Assembly: GCA_043228905.1 (NCBI GenBank)
Contig: JBHGNT010000016.1
Location: 5,208,001 to 5,272,000, forward strand
Length of the DNA: 64,000 bases
Reading direction: 5' to 3'
Source of the DNA: Azolla caroliniana
Taxonomy: Eukaryota; Plantae; Polypodiophyta
This document shows positions 54,230-64,000 of this stretch, piece by piece. The number at the start of each line of letters is the position of its first letter. The first letter of the stretch is position 1. The notes beneath the pieces were generated by a model. The model saw only the letters and a program-made list of their open reading frames with translations. It was not told the origin of the DNA and searched no databases. Both the position numbers and the translations under genes were made by a program.

Positions 54230-56428
54230 ATGGAAGATATTCAAGCTATAACTCCTTCTTTATCATCACCCACTGAGGTGGCATCAACTACAATCACTAG
54301 ATGCAAAATAAGGGCAAGAAAAAGATCTTCATGGACTGAGCAACACATCCTCTCCATCAAAGAAGGAGATGCATCTAAACGTCGATGTAATTATTGTCAC
54401 TTGTTATGGTCAAGCTCTACTTCTACAGGTTCTATTGCCAAACATTTATCAGATAAGCATAATATTAGTAGCACAACACCGCCACAAGTTTCTAATAGTG
54501 TTTTTGTCCAATCTCAAATAGATGCACCTGCATCTTCATTAGCTATATCCCGTACTTTAGAGAAGAAATTTGATAGTTCTATTGCTAGGTTTATAGTTTC
54601 AACAATGTTGCCTCATGCATATGTTGAATCCTCTAGTTTAAGAACATTAGTGCACGATTTCTCGCCAAGTTATCAACTTAAATCAGCTCATACAGTTAAA
54701 AGATTAGTTTTACGAATGTATATTGTTCTCCGTCAATTAGTTATTACTTATTTGTCCTCACAAAGTTTTAGATATGCTATGACGTATGATGGCTGCACAA
54801 ATGATAGTTTGAAAGGATTTTATCCAATGACTTTACATTGGATCTCTTTAGAGTCTGGCAAGTCAATTAGTGTGCTTTTAGACCTTCTAGATGTCTTTCC
54901 AGGAGATGGAGTAGGAAAACGTGTCGGGCAAGCTTTATTCTCGCGTCTAAAATCATTTGGTGTCTCTTCACGTCTTCTATCCACAACATGTAATGGTGTT
55001 AGTGAAAGTCCGATTGCATCAAAAGAACTAGCTAGGTTGTTGCTTAGTCATCATGAACAGGACATTTTGCAACCATCACATATGTTAAGATGCATGGTCC
55101 ATACATGTGAGCTTGGTGTAAAGTCTGCAATAGAGGTTATTACTCCTTCTACTATGAAATTAAGGAAGACATTATATTCTATACGCACAAGTAAAGTTGG
55201 TAGAGCTATTTTTAAAAAATATTCAAAAAATATACATGAGAATGGAGAGCAAGAACCGCCACGTTTAGATTGTGCCACTAGTTGGAATTCAACTCTAGTA
55301 ATGTATCAACAAGCCTTAAAGTTAAGAGATGTCTTGAGTTATACCATAAATGACAAGGCTATTGCCCATGAGTTTGTGGACCATACTCTCTCAATAGAAG
55401 ATTGGAATCATATACAAAGTATGGAACGATGGCTACTTGTGCCTGCTGTAATTTGTAATTACATAAGTGGCTTAAAGTACCCAACCCTCTCAATAGCAGC
55501 ACTTGCATTCAAACGTTTGTTATCACATTGTAATAATTATATATCTATGGATATGGATTCAATTGAGTCACCCTCCGAGAGGACCAATCTTGAAGTTCAA
55601 CAGGAGGCTAGTAACAAATGTTTACAATACCTAATCGAGTACCAAGAATCATTGAATTCTATTCCATCTCGGATCACAATGTTTCTTGACCCAAGGTATT
55701 TCTGTTAGATTGACATCTTCACTGTTTTTATCTTTTGTAATGTATGATTTTCAAAATGTTTTACTAATATTGTCTTCGATCTTGATGTAGAGTTTCAAAA
55801 CCAAGTAATCCAATAGAGAGAAACCTTGATATAGAATTGGTCGGAAATGTATTAGACTTAAACTATCTCGTCAATAATGTCCATACTTCTCCATCTTGTG
55901 ATACATCTGAAGGACATCATTTTGGACATGAGGAGTTTTGGAAAATGTTAGGTGCTAATGGGAAATCTCATGAATCATCAACAAGTTCAGAAATTGAAGA
56001 TTTCTTGAAGTTGCCACGAGCAAAGACTAACATAGACCCTCTTCAATGGTGGTTTACTAACAGGTTTTGTCAAATCTTTTTTCATGTTTTAAACACATTT
56101 GTTGATATTATCTAATTTGTTGACTTGAAATAGATCCAGTTTACCAAGGTTGTACAAGATGGCATGCGAATATTTGGCAATTCCAGCTTCATCGGTGCCT
56201 TCAAAGGAAGCTAATTCCGAAGCTAGTTATAAATTTGAAGATAGTGTTCACTTACATTCATGCATTTTTAAGGCGGAGATGTGCATTAGATCTTGGTTGG
56301 ATCTACTTGATAGTGCAAACATTTCTATACCCGAAGATATTAATGATGCGTATAATAGTTTGGATATTGATTTAGAAGACATGATGGCAGAGGATGATGT
56401 CATGGAATACCTGTACTTGGACCAGTGA
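54230..56428 (+). CDS. hAT transposase-derived protein (BED zinc finger, RNase H-like fold, hATC dimerisation domain), 677 aa, catalytic residues substituted
   Basis: Exons 54230-55695, 55791-56063 and 56134-56428 (both introns phase 2, GT-AG), with no stops. Motifs CNYC...HLSDKH, MTYDGCT, RCMVH, TSWNST, FLDPR, DPLQWW and YLAIPASSVPS. Confidence 0.9.
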
Positions 56429-58172
56429 TAATTTTTTGAAATTTCGAAGTACATGATGATTTTTGGAATACTTGCTGTTTATGATTTTTAGACTTTTGGA
56501 TTACTTGACGTTTATTTAATGATGACGTTGGATGCTAGATAGTGTGGTTGCTCAATGTTGAAAACTGCTTGTTAGAAAGAGTTTCTTAAGTGTCAAGAAT
56601 ATTCTTCTTTCTTGGCCAAATGGGATCATTTGAACATGAAATATATTGGTCTTTAGAACTTATGAGTGTATTAAGACTTGTACTATGTACTATGTAGTGT
56701 GTATGTAGTATATAGTTTGAAACAATGTGCGTTTTAATTTGTCACAACAAACTCACTAAGTTTTATGGAAAAATACAGATGAAAGAATTGGTGGAACTTT
56801 GAATTTTCTCATAATAGGCTATTAAAAGCTACAATACACATTTGATCTTGGGAAAAAAGTGTACACTTTTTTCCTAAATATTTTCTATACAATGTAAAAA
56901 GTGATCCGTCAACTCACACAACTTCACCATTAACGCAACGTTGTTTAGAAACTTCATTATCAGAATTTGTATGACAACGATGATGTCAACAATCCCGAGA
57001 AACAATTACTTTGTAAAGATTCCTTGGAACTTGTTCTTGATCTTGAGTTTCTATGCATTCACTTCGCTGAAGCTAGAAAAACGCAAAACTATTGAATTTG
57101 ATCAGTCCTATTGATTTGGGAGGCATTTGGCCCACCAAACAATCCCATTATATCCTCTCCCTTGAGCTAAAGGGTCAAAAGAATGGCAAAGTGATAAGAG
57201 GGCCAAGAAGGAGATGTTCCTCCACATGACATCCAAGATGAGGGGCTCTTTTTTGCCCCATTGAGGGCGCCCAATGCTCCCAACATGTCCATAATTAGAT
57301 CACCCGTACCTTGGATGCCCATGGCAAGACTGACATATGCTTCTCAGATCATCAATGCATCATTAGTACTACTAGTTATTGTGGCAAAGAACTCGTCCAT
57401 TTCCTCAATGCCCGCACCATCAACTAATTCAACGGAGACAATCTCACCAAGCTAAAGATGATTGGCAAATGGCATATTCTTTCATCATTTGATTAGTTAT
57501 GGAATCCTCTTCCTTTAATAGCAAAATCCCCATCTAAAGGGATCCTTTGCAGTCATGAGGTCTTGTGCCACCATTTGCACCTTGATACTAGCAGCTCGTC
57601 AATGCTTCATGGCATCATGGACTTGGGGTCAAGAAGGATCCTTGATCCCCACAATCACGAGAAGGGTCAAGTTAGAACTAGTGGGAATCCCCTAATACTT
57701 TATAATCTCAATCAACAATACTTTGGACATCTGAGATCCATGTATGAGAAAGCTATGCATTTTAAGCTCTCAAAAACCATTGCGTGAATTTGTTTCTCCC
57801 GTCTCTTGTAATGGGGATAAGGGGTATTATTTTATGACATCATGGTTTTGGAATGTTTGGAATGTAATTTCAATTCGTTTTGATGTGGATTTTGAATATC
57901 ACACTTGACCAAATATCTACTACACATTGAGCTTAACCGATTTGGGGGGCGAGCCAAACCAATTTCAAAACCGGTTAACGCTTAACCGGTTTAGAGTTTT
58001 GGACCAGTTTGGCTTGAACAATGCTAAACCAGTCAAGCCTAAACCAAACCATTGCCGATTCCTAACAGCTACCTATGTATAAACAGAAAAGAAACCCCAT
58101 ATACATTTACATATAAATACAAATATTACAAACGTTTTCATTCTACTTCCAAAATAAAAGTTTAACTGTGGA

Positions 58173-61100
58173 TTAATTATCCCCACGGTGTTTGAAATTA
58201 GATGACACCCATCCAATGCCAGCACGGCCATTATTACTTAACCCTTGTAAGGGTTGCACCATTCCATCTCTCTTTTTTCCTAAGCCTTCACCCTGCACAT
58301 ATAACACAAAAGCTAAGGAAAAAGTTCTTCAGCAAGCCATAAAATTGGAAAGCTAAAAGCATTGGCATAATTGATTAACAGGAAAGAAAATAGATAAATC
58401 AAACTTGCATTGCCAGTTCAACTGGAAATTGATTAAATTCTGGAACTCAAAAGCCACCATCATTTAACAAGGAAAAGAGAAAGAATAAAGGAAAAGTGTG
58501 TGAAAAAGTGCATGCACAATGCTGGGTTCCTTTTAGTCAATAGAATATCACACTTGACCAAATATCTACTACACAGGTGATGAACCATCCTTCTGAATAA
58601 TTACAGGATGATTGATTGCCCTTTCAATAAAATAGTAAGAGAAACACATTGTTTCCCCAGTCAAGGAAAGTTGAATGAAGATGTAAAGATAGGATGATAT
58701 TGTTGATAATAGTTTCTAAAAGTCTTCATTTTACTCTCGTAAGAAATTTCCAATGATATAACAGAAGATCGAGTTTTCAAACCTAACACCCCTAGCAGAG
58801 AAGGGTTATAATAAATAAGGCTTTTGACTGTGTTAACTGTGATATCATTCACGAATAGAAATAATTCTTTACAAAATTTATATGCAAGGAAAAAATTTAG
58901 TCGTCTTATAGGCTTGTCACAAGGAAATATGTAGTGGACAATTTAGAGAAGATCAATCCACAGGTGATGATACTAATACAAGGCTTAACAGAAATGTTAG
59001 ACAATGGTCTAGTAATTGTGGGCAATGTAAAGCTTACAAGAAGAAATTTCTGATTCCAGACCCATGGAAGACACTAGTCAGCTTCAGACCCCTTGCAATA
59101 TATTATCAAGGGAAAACATCAGATGTGTGATGGATAATCTGACCAAATGGCCTAAGACTTAAGCTTCAAAAAGATGAACAGTCAAAGACATTAGTCTGTT
59201 TGACATTCCCTAGTAAATTGTAGGTGAACACAGAAGGTCCTTTTTAAGTGTCTTCATATGCAAGCACTCACTAATTGATTACAAATTAAGCATTAGCTCT
59301 CCACTCCATATTATGCCTAGCGTTACTTAAGACTTCATGTAGAAATAAAACATGGAAAGTTGTTATTTCAGTTAGACAGAGAGCCAAAACAGAGCTACAT
59401 TTTTACAGCATCTAAAGCATCTTCAAATAAGAGACACTAGGATAGTTTCTTCTGGGATGACTGAGCCTTGGTGTAAGCGTCCAATCTTTAGTACCTTGGC
59501 ATAAATGCAAATATAGAGAATTTCTTTCTACACAGGAACTTCTCAAAAAAGTCTAAAAACATTTCTTCTCAATAAACCTCTACAGTTCTAAACTTTGAAT
59601 TCCCTTTATTTTTTGTGCTTGCACTCACCTCAGACCATCCCATTTTCTCCAACATGTGCTCCGCAGTTGGACACTTTGTGAAACTATCCTTTGTTGCTGA
59701 ATTTAAGTTTTGAAGTTTATCATGGACTTGTTCAGCATTCCTGCGTTCTTTTGCTCGATCCCGGTATTTCTGGTTTCTCTGTATAGGGGGAAATTAACCA
59801 CTATGGAAATAGATGGGTCTCAAATACAAGTATACGTCATGACAAGATAAAAATTTACAACCTCTTCCACTGAAGCAATTTCTTTCTTTGTTAAAACCCG
59901 AACAGCAGATGGTATCAAATGTGCTTTTTCCTGCAAACCTTTCATAAGTTCACTTTCTATTTGTTGTAGAGATAGCATGCAGAAGTTCCAGCATTCAATA
60001 GCTACCTTTCTTTTAAGAAGCTCGAATCTTCGATGATTAAGATTTGGTGAAAAAGGCTTTGCAATAACAGTATCATGAGATGGCTTCAGAGCAGAATCCA
60101 AACCTTCACTGTTAACATCTTTCAAGAAATCCAAGTTTAGGCATGGAAAATCCCAATCTTTAGTTGGATTAGAGGAGTCATATTTTGTGACTGACGTCAA
60201 ATATTTGTAGCTTGGTTGTCGTAATCTGTATACTTCACCTGCAAGACAAGACGGTAACTGATGTTGGAAGCCATTATTTGAATGTATTTTGTGTAGTATT
60301 TTCTCGTTTGATGAAATCATCTGCACCTGATGAAACTTTTACTAGATCAAGATTGACCTCACAAATTTGGCTAGTTTTAATAATTCCATTGCGATGCTGG
60401 AGTGACGGATGAAGGGTACTTTTATTTGCAGCAAGCTGACCCACAAGACATATAGAGGCCCTGTTCATATTTATTATTTTTTGTGTAGATATAGTCCAGT
60501 ACCAGAGATTTATTGCACCAAGGGATGACTCTGTTTTTACATTAGTCCTCACAACTTGCCCATATTGATCCTGCCATGATTGAATATCCTCGCTTGCATC
60601 AATTTCATCCATTAAAGAAGTATCATCACTGACAAATTCGAAACCTGGAAAAGCTGTGTCAATGAAGATTACCTTATTCGCATTTGAAGTTAAATATGTG
60701 AAATATTGAACATATTTCAGAATTTTTCCCTAAGATAATAACTGTGGGGCTCTAGCGTGCACCTACATAGATTAAATTTAGAATGTGGGCTGATGCCTAC
60801 CACTTGTTGCATCCTCTTCTTCAGTGGATTTTATAAGCAGATTAGGAGGGGTTTCCCAGTTTAATGGAAATTGTTGACTACAATGCAATTTGTCTTGTGC
60901 ATTTAAGTCACTTTTTCTATGGTCGTCCTCTTCGACATGATGTGTTCCAGTTGAAGAAGCATTCCAAGACCCCCCTAAATATGCTTCAATAAGAAATTCC
61001 TCAACCCTGTTGCAAGAACACAGCAAGGCGAGAGGATTATCAAATTTAGCACTATCTGGTTCAACTTGTCAGAGAGTAGAATATAATATAAAAATTAAAA

Positions 61101-61397
61101 GAGAAAGTTTTATGATCCTCTTTGACATGGCAAAGACACAGCATGTGATATGAATATACACTACGCATGCATGTATGTGTATTTACCCTAGGCCCTCTCT
61201 CTCTCTTCCACGTATCTTTGACCAAACCCAATCCTTGCATGAATTTCTCTCACAATCACAATGTGCACTCTCAAATGCAACACTCATTAATAAAGTTCTT
61301 GAACATCGATAGATGCTACTCATTTCCACACATATTACATGAAATGTAATATTTTTGGTGTCATAGGTCATATTTGACCTCCGAAGACGATAATACA

Positions 61398-61429
<32 letters not shown>

Positions 61430-62866
61430 GAATCCAGTGCTTACCATCCAGATGGCAAAGGTTCTTCTGGTAAGCCATCTATGTCATGATTTTGACCCTG
61501 AATCTCATGGGATTTGTATGAGACATTTTGACATGCGAAGTTCTGTGGAACAGATTCATCATCATACCTAACATTTGGTTTATCTGCAATGACACACAAT
61601 TCCTATTAGTTGAGTGTCCAACAGAAATTATATATCCTTTTGCTATTCTATTCTCTTAGAGTCTACAAAAATGTGTTCCTTTTTCTTGTTCAACTCTCCT
61701 ACTCCTACCTTAGGATTTCAATTTGAATCAAACACATTGTCTTACTGTATTATTATTTCCACACACAAAAAAGAACATTGTATCTTATTTTTACAAGAAT
61801 GAGATCCTTTTTCTTGTTATTATTCATTATCGTCTCAATCATGATTAGGTTGGCAAGGATTTATACAAATAGTACCATTGTCTTTACTTTAAAGGGATGA
61901 TATCATTTGTCTTTCTAGCTATTTAATTTACATAAATAAAGCCTCTTAATCTATTGAGATAAGATCCTTCTTTTGCTCTTTAGGATCTCCATACAAAAAG
62001 TGCATTCATTCTCTAACTCTACAGAAATGGTTTCCATTTATAAAGTTTTTCGAAGTAAATATTTTCATACTGATTACCATTTTAAGAAAAGGTATCCATA
62101 AACAACAACATCTGTTCCACTCTACAGAAATGGAATTCTTTTTTCATGGTTGAGGATTTTCCAGAGAAAAAACAATCTTACACTTCAGAAATGTGATTTT
62201 GTTGTATGATTTCCACACACATTGTGTTGCTCTAAAGAAATGAAATTACCTTAGGAATTCCATTAAGACAAACATTGTCATGCACTACATGAAATGGGAT
62301 TATTGTAGTGTTTCCACAGACACGAAAAAACAACATTTCCTTACTCCACAGAGGTGAGATCATTTCTCCATTAACTCTTTACCATCTCGACCTTGATCAT
62401 CAGGTTGAGGTGGATCACCATAGAGAACGTCCGTGCCATACATAAGGCAAGCATTCTGATCTTCGGAGAAATACCAGTAAGTGGAACGTTTGTCATCATA
62501 ATGCCACACGGGATACAGAAGGTAATCCTTCTTCTCTTCACAAAAGTACCAGTAAAAGGATCGATCTTCATGGTGATACCAAAGAGGCCAAGGAGGATTC
62601 ACAGTGTCTGTCTGGTCCGTTGCTTCTGCTTCTGCTATTGGCAGTGTGTAGAGGAGGTAAGCATTGGAATCCTTGCAATAGTACCAATACTCGTTCTTCT
62701 GTTCGTGGATAAACCAAGGCGGGTAGGAGAGCTTTTGGTAGTCTTCTATGTCTTCGGCGTCTTCTTCTTCTTCTTCTTCTTCTTCTTCTTCTTCTTCTTC
62801 TTCTTCTTCTTCTCCTCGTCGTCCTCCATCATCATCATCATCAGAATCCATCTTTGTCATCTTCAT
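58173..62866 (-). CDS. G-patch domain protein with N-terminal acidic tract and OCRE-like aromatic repeats, ~597 aa
   Basis: Exons 62866-62383, 61583-61445, 61006-60801, 60644-60327, 60238-59862, 59778-59629 and 58292-58173 are all in phase. KYRDRAKERR, MLEKMGWSEGEGLGKKRDGMVQPL...GRAGIGW (G-patch) and YDSSNPTKDWDFP are present. The start ATG is uncertain. Confidence 0.88.
61205..61429 (+). mobile_element. RTEX-like LINE family B, 3' fragment with (ATCT)8 tail, antisense in a G-patch gene intron
   Basis: Aligns to the reverse complement of 43293-43500; preceded by (CT)6. Confidence 0.85.
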
Positions 62867-62902
62867 CAAAATCGGCCGTCGTCTATGCAGACTGCAGGCA
62901 GG

Positions 62903-63481
62903 AATGTATGTATGAATGTATGAATGTATGTATGTATGTATGTATGTATGTATGTATGTATGTATGTATGTATGTATGTATGTATGTATGTATGGATGGA
63001 TGGATGGATAATGTATCTATGTATTATTATTATTTAAGTTGTGTCGAGTGAAAGGGTATGTTGTGCTAGATTTGATGTGTGATGGGGGTGTGGGTGTGGG
63101 TGTGGGCGAAAAATATGGGGGGTTGTTTGAGGCCGGATTGGTCCTTGAAGGGTGGTTGTATGTATGTATGTATCTATCTATCTATCTATCTATTATTATT
63201 GTTAAGTTGTGTCAAGTGAAAGGGTATGTTGTGCTCACTGCTAGATTTGATGTGTGATGGGGCTGTGGGCGAAAAATATGGCAGGTTGTTTGGGGCCGGA
63301 TTGGTCCTTGAAGGGTGGTTGTATGTATGTATCTATCTATCTATCTATCTGTTATTATTGTTAAGTTGTGTCGAGTGAAAGGGTATGTTGTGCTAGAATT
63401 GGTGTGTGATGGGGCTTTGGGCGAAAAACATGGGGGGTGTTTAGGGCCAGATTGGTCCTTGAAGGGTGGTTGAAGAGTAGG

Positions 63482-63524
<43 letters not shown>

Positions 63525-63525
63525 T
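62903..63525. repeat. Microsatellites plus three ~160-170-bp tandem units upstream of the G-patch CDS
   Basis: ttaagttgtgtc.agtgaaagggtatgttgtgct...gattggtccttgaagggtggttg at ~63033, 63202 and 63361. Confidence 0.9.
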
Positions 63526-63649
63526 GCGAGCGCGCACGTGTGCGTGCGCAATGAGTTGTGAGAACAAAGGGAAGGGTAGGAGGTGTGGCCCAAGATGATG
63601 TGCCAGAGGGTGATGGTTGCAGAGAGAAATGGGGGGTCATGGTGTTACG

Positions 63650-64000
63650 AGTAGGGCCATAAGGTACCTAGGGTGGGCCATGAGGCATTGCATCATCATA
63701 GTTTTCAGCCTCATAATTACTTGAAGGATGTACATGTTAGTGAGGCATATTGAAGCATCCATGGCCATGGCACAAGCACATGCTTTTACAAATGTCATCT
63801 CCACGAGTCGTGGGGAAAGCTTTTGATAGTCGAGAATGGTTGTACTTGTGATAGTTCTAAGACAATGAGGCCACTCAAAATATCTCTTAGGGATGAATAC
63901 AACTTGGTGTATGATATGGCATCTACCATGTGTGAAGGCAATCCACTCACGAGTATAAGAATCCAAGGGGTGGAATGTTGCCTTTGTTGTTGAAGGCCTC
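63650..64000 (-). mobile_element. Possible decayed RTEX-like LINE C-terminal remnant
   Basis: Only a weak PR.RGDDIC..C-like motif on the minus strand, with broken frames. Confidence 0.3.

Larger units (their letters stand above)
51578..58064 (+). mobile_element. Full-length but aged hAT element, ~6.5 kb
   Basis: TIRs TAGGAGTTGGCAACGGTTCAG.. vs TAGGAATCGGCAATGGTTTGG.. (24/32 identical); possible TSD CCAACTGC/ACAGCTAC (5/8); AACCGG-rich subterminal repeats at both ends; transposase gene inside. Confidence 0.8.

Noticed and set aside
57100-57800. Possible LINE remnant inside the hAT element (similar hints at 12100-12850, 15500-16780, 25560-27130 and 50050-50450)
   Set aside because: Composition suggests decayed retroelement coding sequence, but I could not recover motifs in a consistent order or strand, so no feature was called.
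62393-62923. 176-aa plus-strand ORF with poly-Phe
   Set aside because: Antisense shadow of the (GAA)n poly-Glu exon of the G-patch gene.

Overview
AT-rich eukaryotic nuclear DNA from a land plant. It is most likely a fern or another flagellate-sperm lineage (inference from a CFAP97-domain gene, a fern-style PLS-E PPR gene and abundant (CT/GA)n tracts). Eight host genes could be spliced by hand with consistent intron phases: SRP9, an RNF4-like SIM+RING STUbL, a TPR/kinesin-light-chain-like gene, CDC20, a PLS-E PPR, a CFAP97-domain gene, UBA2 (hnRNP-like) and an OCRE-like/G-patch gene. Between and inside them lie a MULE end with a spliced accessory gene, three hAT-type elements with TIRs, five copies of two RTEX-like LINE families, and Copia/L1 debris. 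The best leads are: (1) a hAT transposase with an intact 677-aa spliced ORF but lost catalytic residues inside eroded TIRs/TSD, a domestication candidate with a younger same-TIR MITE nearby; (2) RTEX-like LINEs that all abut (CT)n microsatellites and share a 3' stem-loop; (3) a CDC20 with a degenerate C-box. No RNA genes or CRISPR arrays were seen. All family calls come from motif recognition, not database searches.
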